Shown one piece after another: positions 1 through 8,102 of a DNA stretch of 64,000 nt. The translations under genes and the position numbers were made by a program. Under the pieces are notes generated by a model. That model did not search any database. It saw only the letters and a list, made by a program, of their open reading frames with translations, and had not been told where the DNA came from. Every line of letters begins with the position of its first letter. The stretch's first letter is position 1. Origin of the DNA: Alphaproteobacteria bacterium (GTDB taxonomy: Bacteria; Pseudomonadota; Alphaproteobacteria; SMXQ01); the NCBI GenBank assembly GCA_038145705.1, contig JAYQQF010000009.1:68422-132421 (forward strand), written 5' to 3'.

Positions 1-732
1 GAAGGTGCCAAGCTGATCGGCTTTCCTGAAAACGTCGCTTTCATGGCCCCCGACGGCCAGGGCGTGCGCGAGGCGGCGCGCCCCGAAGCCACCCATCCCG
101 CGCTCGCGCGCTTCCGGGAGCTGGCGAAGGAACTCGACGCCTGGCTTTTGATCGGATCGCTTGGCATTGCCGGCGCCGACGATCAGGGCCGCGTCGCCAA
201 CCGCAGCTTCGTCATCGATGCGGGCGGCAATATTGTCACCCGCTATGACAAGATTCACATGTTCGACGTCGAACTGCCGGGCGGGGAAACTTACCGCGAA
301 TCGGCGACTTTCTGTCCCGGCGCCGAAGCCGTGACCGTGGCGACACCTTGGGCGAAATTGGGGCTGACCATCTGTTACGACGTCCGCTTTCCCTATCTCT
401 ACCGGGCGCTGGCCCATGGGGGCGCGGACATCATCGCGGTCCCGGCCGCCTTCACCCTGACAACGGGCCGTGCGCACTGGCATACCCTGTTGCGGGCGCG
501 CGCCATCGAAACCGGCGCTTTCGTCTTTGCCCCCGCCCAGTGCGGAACCCACCCGCGCGGCCGCAAGACCTTCGGCCATTCGCTGATCGTCGATCCGTGG
601 GGCGAGGTGCTTGCCGACGGCGGCGAGGAACCGGGCTTCGTCACTGCCGAGATCGATCTCGGCATGGTCGCCCGCGTACGTGCGCAGATCCCGTCGCTTC
701 GCCATGACCGGGGCTTTGCGTCACCCGCCTGA
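1..732 (+). CDS. carbon-nitrogen hydrolase (nitrilase superfamily) family protein, 5'-truncated by the window edge
   Basis: The reading frame is open from nt 1 (EGAKLIGFPENVAF...). The C-terminal part has the typical CN-hydrolase pattern (CYDVRFP...IIAVPAAF...). Stop at 730-732. Confidence 0.7.
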   Translation, partial: EGAKLIGFPENVAFMAPDGQGVREAARPEATHPALARFRELAKELDAWLLIGSLGIAGADDQGRVANRSFVIDAGGNIVTRYDKIHMFDVELPGGETYRESATFCPGAEAVTVATPWAKLGLTICYDVRFPYLYRALAHGGADIIAVPAAFTLTTGRAHWHTLLRARAIETGAFVFAPAQCGTHPRGRKTFGHSLIVDPWGEVLADGGEEPGFVTAEIDLGMVARVRAQIPSLRHDRGFASPA

Positions 733-740
733 CCTCTTGC

Positions 741-2015
741 TCATAGCCGATGCTCGATCATGCCTGCCGCGACCGTGGCGTTGGTGCGCGAATCGATGAT
801 GATGAAGGCGCCCGTCGCCCTGCAGGCGGCGTAAGCGTCATAGGCGATGTCGTCTTGCAGGCGGATGCGCGCCTCGCCGATGTCGTTGGTGCAAAGCGGC
901 TCGCCGCCCAGCCCGCGGGCGAGGGTATGGATGTCGAGGCGCGACTCGGGCAGGGCGACGCGGGCGGCAACCTCGCGGGTGCCGATGCGCATCAGGTAGG
1001 GCGCGCGCGGGTCCTGGGGCGCGGGGTCGAGCCAGCACAGCGCCGCCGTCACCTCGCGCGCTTCGGAGGGTGGTGATGCTGTGTCCGCCAGCATGAAGCC
1101 GCGTCCTGCGTCGATGTCGTCGGCGAGCGACACCGTCACCGACTGGCCCGCTGTCGCCGTCGCTGCCGGTCCATGGGGGGTAAGTATTTCCGTCACCGTG
1201 CTTTGACGCCCGCCCGGGGAAATGACGATGCGGTCGCCAACGGCGAGCCTGCCTTGCGCGATGCGGCCCATGTAGCCACGAAAATCGTGGGTGGATGCGC
1301 CCTGCGGCCGGTTGGCGATCTGCACGGCCATGCGGAAGGGGCCGGCGGCAGCGGTGACGCTCGCGGGGATGCCTTCCAGAACGTTCAGCAGCGGCGGACC
1401 CCCGTGCCAGTCCATGTGTTCCGAGCCGCGCACGACGTTGTCGCCACGCTTGGCCGAGAGCGGCACGTAATGGCGCGAGGCGAAGCGCAGTCTTTCGGTG
1501 AAGGAGTCGATTTCGCCGCGCAGGCGGAGGAAGGCCTCTTCGGACCAGTCGACGAGGTCCATCTTGTTCACGGCAAAGACTACGTCCTGAATACCCAGCA
1601 GCGCCGCGATGCAGATGTGGCGCCGGGTCTGGGCGGTCATGCCCGCACGCGCATCGACCAGCAGCAGCGCTGCCGTCGCCTTGGAAGCGCCCGTGACCAT
1701 GTTGCGCGTGTACTGCTCGTGTCCCGGCACGTCGGCAAGGATGAAGCTGCGTTTGGGCGTCGCGAAATAGCGATAGGCGACGTCGATGGTGATGCCCTGT
1801 TCGCGCTCCGCCGTCAGGCCGTCGGTAATGCGGGCAAGGTCGATCTGCTCCTGACCGTCGCGCACGGCCTGTGCGGCGAGCGCGCTCAACTGGTCTTCGG
1901 TCAGGGCGCCGGCGTCGGCAAGAATGCGGCCGATCAGCGTCGACTTGCCATCGTCGACGCTGCCCGCGGTTGTCAGGCGCAAAAGATCGCGCCCTTCGCT
2001 TCCGTATTCGGACAT
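741..2015 (-). CDS. cysN: sulfate adenylyltransferase subunit 1 (GTPase)
   Basis: GTP-binding motifs (DDGKST, DVPGH, NKMD) and EF-Tu-like fold. The ATG at 2013-2015 (MSEYGSEG) is preferred over the longer upstream ORF extension. It lies immediately downstream of cysD. Confidence 0.9.
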   Translation of the reverse strand: MSEYGSEGRDLLRLTTAGSVDDGKSTLIGRILADAGALTEDQLSALAAQAVRDGQEQIDLARITDGLTAEREQGITIDVAYRYFATPKRSFILADVPGHEQYTRNMVTGASKATAALLLVDARAGMTAQTRRHICIAALLGIQDVVFAVNKMDLVDWSEEAFLRLRGEIDSFTERLRFASRHYVPLSAKRGDNVVRGSEHMDWHGGPPLLNVLEGIPASVTAAAGPFRMAVQIANRPQGASTHDFRGYMGRIAQGRLAVGDRIVISPGGRQSTVTEILTPHGPAATATAGQSVTVSLADDIDAGRGFMLADTASPPSEAREVTAALCWLDPAPQDPRAPYLMRIGTREVAARVALPESRLDIHTLARGLGGEPLCTNDIGEARIRLQDDIAYDAYAACRATGAFIIIDSRTNATVAAGMIEHRL

Positions 2016-2025
2016 GTTGAAAACC

Positions 2026-2955
2026 TCAGAAATAACCGGCGAGCTTGCGCCGTTCCATCGCCGCCTCGGAAACGGCATCGTCGAGCCGCGTGGCCCCGCG
2101 TTCGGACGTTTCGGCGGCAAGGGTCTCGATCAGGATGTCTGCCGCCGTGCTGGCCGTGGACGGCACCGGGCAGGTGCAGGTGATGTCGCCCACGGTGCGG
2201 AAGCGCACGCTGCGCCGGACCGGCGTTTCGTTCGCACGCAGCGGCACCAGCGGATGCACGGGGATCAGGCGGTTGCCGCGCTCGACCACCTCGCGCTCAT
2301 GGGCGAAATAGAGCGAGGGGAGCGCGATCTCCTCGCGGGCGATGTAGCGCCAGACGTCGGCTTCGGTCCAGTCGCTGATGGGAAAGACCCGCATGTTCTC
2401 GCCCGGCGCGATGCGTCCGCAATAGAGATCCCACAGCTCCGGACGCTGGCGGCGCGGGTCCCAGCCGCCGAAGGCATCGCGGAAGGAAAACACGCGTTCC
2501 TTGGCGCGGGCCTTTTCCTCGTCGCGGCGGGCCCCGCCGATGCAGGCGTCGAACTGGAATTCCTCGATCGCATCGAGAAGCGTGATCGACTGGTGGGCAT
2601 TGCGGCTTTCGTTCGGATCGCGCAGCACGACGCGGCCCTGGCGGATCGAGTCCTCGACCGAGCGCACGACCAGCCGCGCACCCGCGGCCGCCGCGGCCTC
2701 GTCGCGGTAGGCGATCACTTCGGGATAATTGTGGCCGGTATCGACATGCATCAGCGTGAAGGGCATGCGGCCGGGCCGGAAGGCCTTCACCGCCAGGTGC
2801 AGCACGACGGCGGAATCCTTGCCGCCCGAAAACAGCAGCGCCGGTCGTTCGAACTGGGCGGCGGCTTCGCGCAGGATGTAGATGCCTTCGCTCTCGAGCA
2901 GGTCGAGGTGCCCGGGCGCGGGCCCGGATGCGGAAAGTATGTCGGATGCGGTCAT
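2026..2955 (-). CDS. cysD: sulfate adenylyltransferase subunit 2
   Basis: PAPS-reductase-like ATP pyrophosphatase fold (LFSGGKDSAVVLHL). Start MTASDIL at 2953-2955. Its stop is 10 nt before the cysN start. Confidence 0.9.
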   Translation of the reverse strand: MTASDILSASGPAPGHLDLLESEGIYILREAAAQFERPALLFSGGKDSAVVLHLAVKAFRPGRMPFTLMHVDTGHNYPEVIAYRDEAAAAAGARLVVRSVEDSIRQGRVVLRDPNESRNAHQSITLLDAIEEFQFDACIGGARRDEEKARAKERVFSFRDAFGGWDPRRQRPELWDLYCGRIAPGENMRVFPISDWTEADVWRYIAREEIALPSLYFAHEREVVERGNRLIPVHPLVPLRANETPVRRSVRFRTVGDITCTCPVPSTASTAADILIETLAAETSERGATRLDDAVSEAAMERRKLAGYF

Positions 2956-3005
2956 GGTTTCGGTAAACGGAACTGAAGTCGTTCGTGGGGATTGGGGCCG
3001 GGCGT

Positions 3006-3710
3006 TCACGGGCGCTTGGCGTCGAAGTAACCCGGGTGCAGGCCGCATTCGCGGCTGTCGGCGTTTTCCCACCACCAGCGCCCGGCGCGTTCGTCCTCGC
3101 CGGGCTTGAGCGCGCGCGTACAGGGCGCGCAGCCGATCGAGGCGTAGCCGCGGTCGTGCAGCGCGTTGTAGGGAACCTCGCGGGCGCGGATATAGGCCCA
3201 GACGTCTTCCGACGACCACGCGGCGAGCGGGTTGAACTTGAACAACCCGTGCTCGCCGTCCCAGCTTTTCTCCGGCACTGCCGTGCGGGTGGCCGACTGG
3301 TTCCGGCGCAGGCCGGTGATCCAGCTGCCCCGCCCCGAAAGGGCGCGCTTGAGCGGCACCACCTTGCGCGCATTGCAGCAGGCCTTGCGGGCCGTCACCG
3401 ATTCGAAGATCTGCGCATCGGTCCAGGACTGGCGGAAATCGCGCAGCGCTTCGTCATCGGGCTGATAGACGTCGATGGCGAGCCGGTAGCGCTTGCGCGC
3501 GCGCGCCAGCAGTTCGAGGGTTTCATCGTGCAGGCAGCCGGTATCGAGCATGAAAGCGCCGACCGCGAGCCGGCTGCGAGCGATCAGGTCGAGCAGCACC
3601 ATGTCCTCGGCGCCGAGCGAGCAAGCGAACACGGCCGGCGCGAAGTCGTTGGCGGCTTCGGCGAGAACGGCGCGGGCGGATTCGATGCGGGCGGCAAGTT
3701 CCGGGGTCAT
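3006..3710 (-). CDS. cysH: phosphoadenosine phosphosulfate / adenylylsulfate reductase (thioredoxin-dependent)
   Basis: PAPS-reductase family with a C-terminal ECGLH motif and a Cys pair (KACC...C) typical of the Fe-S APS-reductase subtype. Start MTPELAARIE at 3708-3710. It is the first gene of the cysH-cysD-cysN operon. Confidence 0.88.
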   Translation of the reverse strand: MTPELAARIESARAVLAEAANDFAPAVFACSLGAEDMVLLDLIARSRLAVGAFMLDTGCLHDETLELLARARKRYRLAIDVYQPDDEALRDFRQSWTDAQIFESVTARKACCNARKVVPLKRALSGRGSWITGLRRNQSATRTAVPEKSWDGEHGLFKFNPLAAWSSEDVWAYIRAREVPYNALHDRGYASIGCAPCTRALKPGEDERAGRWWWENADSRECGLHPGYFDAKRP

Positions 3711-3914
3711 TGGAAAACCAAATAATGTTTGTAATTTCTTATATAAGAACGAAACAAAAATGTAAAACAAATTAAACAACAATAATATTTGGTAATTTTG
3801 GCAAGAGGGCCGGCGGGATGTTTGCCTAACCCCCTGGAAAATCGTCAAAGCCCGCCCATTTTTAGTTTCGGTGGCGCTTGCGCCCTGCTGAATTCCCCGC
3901 TATCGGTGGCACCC
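3711..3914. promoter_or_regulatory. AT-rich divergent intergenic region (cysH-cysD-cysN promoter / DUF1178 promoter) with AAACAA-type repeats
   Basis: The first roughly 90 bp (3715-3800) are well below 40% GC and lie between divergent genes in a genome that is otherwise about 65% GC. They contain a degenerate AAACAA repeat array (gaaacaaaaatgtaaaacaaattaaacaacaataat). Confidence 0.35.
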
Positions 3915-4343
3915 ATGATCGTTTTCAACCTCTCCTGTTCGCAGGGACACGCCTTCGAGGGCTGGTTCAAGGACGCCCGCGCCTTTGGCGCGCAGCGCAA
4001 GGCGCGCAAGGTGTCCTGTCCGTCCTGTGGCGATACCGATGTGACGAAGGTGCCCGCGGGGGCGCGCATCTCCCGTGGCCGCGCCCGCGCCGTCGATGAG
4101 GCCGCCGCCGCCGGGGCCCGCGCCCAGGCGCTGCGCGAGGCGGTCGCCGAACTGCATGCCAAGGTGGCGGCGAGCTGCGAGGACGTTGGCCCGCGTTTCG
4201 CCGAAGAGGCCCGCAAGATTCATTACGGCGAAGCCAAGGAGCGCGGCATCTTCGGCGAGGCCACGCTGTCGGATGCCAAGGAACTGGTGGAGGAGGGCGT
4301 ACCGGTTCTGCCGCTCCCCAAACTGCCGGAAACGGATGCGTGA
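3915..4343 (+). CDS. DUF1178 family zinc-ribbon protein
   Basis: N-terminus MIVFNLSCSQGHAFEGWF plus CPSCG is typical of alphaproteobacterial DUF1178. The ATG at 3915 is preferred over the upstream ORF extension. Confidence 0.7.
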   Translation: MIVFNLSCSQGHAFEGWFKDARAFGAQRKARKVSCPSCGDTDVTKVPAGARISRGRARAVDEAAAAGARAQALREAVAELHAKVAASCEDVGPRFAEEARKIHYGEAKERGIFGEATLSDAKELVEEGVPVLPLPKLPETDA

Positions 4344-4901
4344 ATGTTTCTTGTCGGGTCCTACCTTTTTTCCGGTGACAATCTCGAAGCCTATCTCGCC
4401 GGCCGCCGCGACGCGGCGCTGAAGGCGCTGTCGGAAATCCCGCCCGACGACATCAGGGCGAAGGGCCGTAACGCCGTCCTGCGCGAATTGCGCGACCGGT
4501 TCGCCGTTCCCCAGACAACCCTGCATGTGGATGATGCGTATTTCCAGGCCGAGCGCGCGCTCAAGCCCGACGAGCTCGAAGCCATCGGCGCCCGTCCCGA
4601 GGACGCGGAAAAATTCAAGGCGCTCGCCATCGTCATCCCGTTTTCGGGCGACGAGCATCTGCTGACCTGCACGCCGAACATCTATTCGGCGAACCAGCCC
4701 CAGGCGGATGTGGCGGACGGCAAGGTGACGGTCACCTATTTCCTCAACGAGATCGAGGAAATGCAGCTCGAGAACAATTTCAAGCGCCTTGTCGCGCTGG
4801 TCGAGCGCACCCTGGAAGTGACCCAGTGGCAGGCCATGGGCCATAACGAAAAGCTGGTCGACGCGTTGTCTGCGGCGCTCGCCGAGCGCCTGGGCGCCTA
4901 G
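4344..4901 (+). CDS. hypothetical protein (translationally coupled to the DUF1178 gene)
   Basis: Its start sits directly against the upstream stop (TGAATG). It has coding-like codon usage and no recognisable family signature. Confidence 0.5.
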   Translation: MFLVGSYLFSGDNLEAYLAGRRDAALKALSEIPPDDIRAKGRNAVLRELRDRFAVPQTTLHVDDAYFQAERALKPDELEAIGARPEDAEKFKALAIVIPFSGDEHLLTCTPNIYSANQPQADVADGKVTVTYFLNEIEEMQLENNFKRLVALVERTLEVTQWQAMGHNEKLVDALSAALAERLGA

Positions 4902-5677
4902 GGCTTTTCCGCCGCGATCAGGTAATTCACCCCGGTATCCGTGCCAAGCCGCCAGCGCCCGCTGAGCGGATTGTAGATCATGCCCGCCGTGCCCGCAGGG
5001 ATAAGCCCGCGCGCGGCAAGTTGCCCGGAGAGCTCTTCGGGCGGGATGAACTTGTTCCAGTCGTGGGTTCCTACCGGCAGCCAGCGCATGACGTACTCTG
5101 CGCCTATGATGGCGAGTGCGTAGGAGCGGAGCGTCCGGTTGAGCGTCGCCAGCACCACGAGGCCACCCGGCTTCGCCAGCGCTGCGATGGCATCGAGGAA
5201 TACGCCGACGTCGGCGACATGCTCGACAACTTCCATCGCCAGCACGATGTCGAAGCGTGCGCCATCCGCGGCCAGCGCTTCCGCCGTCGTCGCCCGGTAG
5301 TCGATATCCAGTCCCATCTGGCCCGCATGGGTGCGGGCGATGCCGATGTTCTTTTCCGACGGATCAATGCCGGTAACGGCGGCGCCGAGCCGCGCCATGG
5401 GTTCTGCCATCAGTCCGCCGCCGGTTCCGATGTCGACCAGGCTGAGGCCCGAAAGCGGCTGCGCCTGCGCGCCGTCGCGGGAGAATCGGGCAAGGGCATG
5501 GTCGCGCACGAAGCGGACCCGTTCGGGGTTGAACCGGTGGAGCGGCCGGAAACGGCCGTCGGGATCCCACCATTCGGCGGCCATCGCCTCGAAGCGGGCG
5601 ATCTCGGCGGCGTCGACGGTGCTGGCGGGGCCCCGGCCGGGGGCGGGATTGCTCGGATTCTGGGAAGAAGGTGCCAT
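4898..5677 (-). CDS. ubiG: bifunctional 3-demethylubiquinone 3-O-methyltransferase / 2-polyprenyl-6-hydroxyphenol methylase
   Basis: Class I SAM methyltransferase motif (LVDIGTGGG) and a UbiG-like C-terminus. Start MAPSSQ at 5675-5677. Confidence 0.85.
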   Translation of the reverse strand: MAPSSQNPSNPAPGRGPASTVDAAEIARFEAMAAEWWDPDGRFRPLHRFNPERVRFVRDHALARFSRDGAQAQPLSGLSLVDIGTGGGLMAEPMARLGAAVTGIDPSEKNIGIARTHAGQMGLDIDYRATTAEALAADGARFDIVLAMEVVEHVADVGVFLDAIAALAKPGGLVVLATLNRTLRSYALAIIGAEYVMRWLPVGTHDWNKFIPPEELSGQLAARGLIPAGTAGMIYNPLSGRWRLGTDTGVNYLIAAEKP

Positions 5678-5839
5678 TTCAATAACATGATACGCGTTTT
5701 CAGGGCCTTTGGCTTGCCTGGACCCCGGTTCCAGAGTATGAATTGGCGCCTTTTCGGGGGCAAGCCGCGCTTTTCCGCGCTTTTTCTGCGCGTTCGGCCG
5801 GTGCTGGACGCCCCCCCGGAGATCGCGGGAAAGCAGCAC

Positions 5840-7060
5840 ATGGCCCTTATAGTTCAGAAATTCGGCGGCACATCGGTCGCGGACCTCAATCGCATTCGCG
5901 CGGTGGCGGACCGCGTCGCGGCAACCGTGCGTGCCGGCAACCAGGTCGCCGTCGTCGTGTCCGCCATGGCCGGCGTCACCAACCAGCTCGTCGCCTGGGT
6001 GCGCGAGGCGCATGCCGATTTTGATCCGCGCGAATACGATACCGTCGTGTCCACCGGCGAACAGGTGACGACGGGGCTGCTCGCGCTCGCGCTCAACAAC
6101 ATCGGAATTCCCGCGCGCTCGTGGCTCGGCTGGCAGTTGCCGATCCGGACCGACGGTTCGCACGGCCGCGCGCGTATCGACGAGATCGCCACCGACGAGC
6201 TGATGAAGGGCCTGTCGAAGGGCGAGGTCCAGGTCATCGCCGGTTTCCAGGGCCTGGCGCCGGGCAATCGCGTCTCGACGCTGGGGCGCGGCGGCTCAGA
6301 TACTTCCGCCGTAGCGGTCGCGGCGGCGCTCAAGGCGGAACGCTGCGACATCTACACGGACGTCGATGGCGTCTATACGTCGGACCCGCGCATCGTTGCC
6401 AAGGCCCGCAAGCTGGATAAAATCACCTACGAAGAGATGCTCGAGATGGCGTCGCTCGGCGCCAAGGTCCTGCACACCCGCTCGGTCGAACTGGCAATGA
6501 AGTACAATGTGCGCCTGCAGGTGCTCTCCAGCTTCAGTAACGAGCCGGGCACTCTTTGCGTCAACGAGGATGAGATCGTGGAACAGGAACTGGTCAGCGG
6601 CATTACCTATTCGCGTGACGAAGCCAAGATCACGCTGGTGCGCGTGCCCGACAAGCCGGGCATCGCGGCCAAGCTTTTCGGGCCGCTGTCGGACGCCGAA
6701 GTCAACGTGGACATGATCGTTCAGAACGTGTCCGAGGACGGCAAGGCCACCGACATCACCTTTACGGTGACCAAGGGCGATCTCAAGGCGGCCTTGAAGG
6801 TCGTCGAATCGCTCAAGGGCGAGCTCGGCTACGCCGCGCTCGTGCCCGACTCCAACGTGGTCAAGGTTTCGGTCATCGGCGTCGGCATGCGCAGCCATGC
6901 GGGCGTCGCCAAGACCATGTTCGAAACCATGGCCGCCAAGGGCATCAACATCCAGGTGATCTCGACCTCCGAGATCAAGATTTCCGTTCTTATCGCCGAG
7001 GAATACACGGAGCTGGCGCTGCGCGCGCTGCACTCGGCCTACGGGCTCGACTCGGCCTAA
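5840..7060 (+). CDS. lysC: aspartate kinase
   Basis: N-terminus MALIVQKFGGTSV, an amino-acid kinase domain and two C-terminal ACT domains. The long upstream ORF extension (5021-5839) overlaps ubiG on the opposite strand and is rejected. Confidence 0.92.
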   Translation: MALIVQKFGGTSVADLNRIRAVADRVAATVRAGNQVAVVVSAMAGVTNQLVAWVREAHADFDPREYDTVVSTGEQVTTGLLALALNNIGIPARSWLGWQLPIRTDGSHGRARIDEIATDELMKGLSKGEVQVIAGFQGLAPGNRVSTLGRGGSDTSAVAVAAALKAERCDIYTDVDGVYTSDPRIVAKARKLDKITYEEMLEMASLGAKVLHTRSVELAMKYNVRLQVLSSFSNEPGTLCVNEDEIVEQELVSGITYSRDEAKITLVRVPDKPGIAAKLFGPLSDAEVNVDMIVQNVSEDGKATDITFTVTKGDLKAALKVVESLKGELGYAALVPDSNVVKVSVIGVGMRSHAGVAKTMFETMAAKGINIQVISTSEIKISVLIAEEYTELALRALHSAYGLDSA

Positions 7061-7064
7061 CGCC

Positions 7065-8102
7065 ATGGACAGGGCGTCGGCGAAAGCGAGACTGGACCGG
7101 CTCTGGCAACGGGGCAGGGACTTTCTCGGTGTCGAATACGCCATCATGGGCGGCGCCATGTCCTGGGTGTCCGAGCACAACCTCGTCGCCGCCATTTCCA
7201 ACGGCGGCGGTTTCGGCGTCATCGCCTGCGGTTCCATGTCGCCCGACCTGCTGGGGAAGGAAATCGCCGCGACCCGCGCGCTGACGAAGAAGCCCTTCGG
7301 CGTCAACCTGATCACCATGCATCCGGAACTGGTGAAGCTGTCCGACGTCTGCATCGAGGCGGGCATCGGACATGTCGTGCTGGCGGGCGGCCTGCCGGCC
7401 TCCGCAACCATCTCGCGCCTCAAGGATGCGGGCTTGAAGGTGCTGTGCTTTTCGCCGGCTCTGCCCTTCGCCAAGCGCCTTGCGCGCATGGGCGTCGATG
7501 CCATCATCATCGAAGGCAACGAGGCGGGCGGGCATATCGGGCCGGTTTCGACATCCGTGCTGGCGCAGGAAATCCTGCCGGCCCTTCCGGAAGTACCGGT
7601 TTTCGTTGCCGGCGGCATCGGCCGCGGCGAGGCGGTGGTGAGCTATCTTGAAATGGGCGCGTCCGGCGTGCAGATGGGTACGCGCTTCGTCTGTGCCACC
7701 GAATCGATCGCGCACCCCAACTTTAAGCAGGCCTTCATCCGCGCCAATGCGCGCGATGCGGTTCCTTCGGTGCAACTCGATCCGCGTTTCCCGGTCATTC
7801 CTGTGCGCGCGCTCGCCAACAAGGCGACGGAGCGTTTCCTCGAACGCCAGCAGGAAGTGATTTCCCGTTACCGCGACGGCAAGATGGACCAGAAAACCGC
7901 CCAGCTCGAGATCGAGCATTTCTGGGCCGGTGCGTTGCGCCGCGCGGTCATCGACGGCGACGTCGAAAACGGCTCGGTGATGGCGGGCCAGAGCGTCGGC
8001 ATGGTGACCCGCGAACAGCCCTGCGCGGAAATCATTTCTGAAATCGTCGACCAGGCACTGGCCGCGCTGATGGTTCGACACCGATCAGAGGCAGCCGAAT
8101 AA
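7065..8102 (+). CDS. nitronate monooxygenase / NAD(P)H-dependent flavin oxidoreductase (NMO, FabK-like) family protein
   Basis: FMN-binding TIM-barrel signatures (GVEYAIMGGAMSWVS, IIIEGNEAGGH, VFVAGGIG). Confidence 0.8.
   Translation: MDRASAKARLDRLWQRGRDFLGVEYAIMGGAMSWVSEHNLVAAISNGGGFGVIACGSMSPDLLGKEIAATRALTKKPFGVNLITMHPELVKLSDVCIEAGIGHVVLAGGLPASATISRLKDAGLKVLCFSPALPFAKRLARMGVDAIIIEGNEAGGHIGPVSTSVLAQEILPALPEVPVFVAGGIGRGEAVVSYLEMGASGVQMGTRFVCATESIAHPNFKQAFIRANARDAVPSVQLDPRFPVIPVRALANKATERFLERQQEVISRYRDGKMDQKTAQLEIEHFWAGALRRAVIDGDVENGSVMAGQSVGMVTREQPCAEIISEIVDQALAALMVRHRSEAAE

Noticed and set aside
5021-5839. 679-aa ORF as an N-terminally extended aspartate kinase
   Set aside because: The extension has no homology, overlaps the well-supported ubiG on the opposite strand, and the canonical MALIVQKFGG start at 5840 is present.
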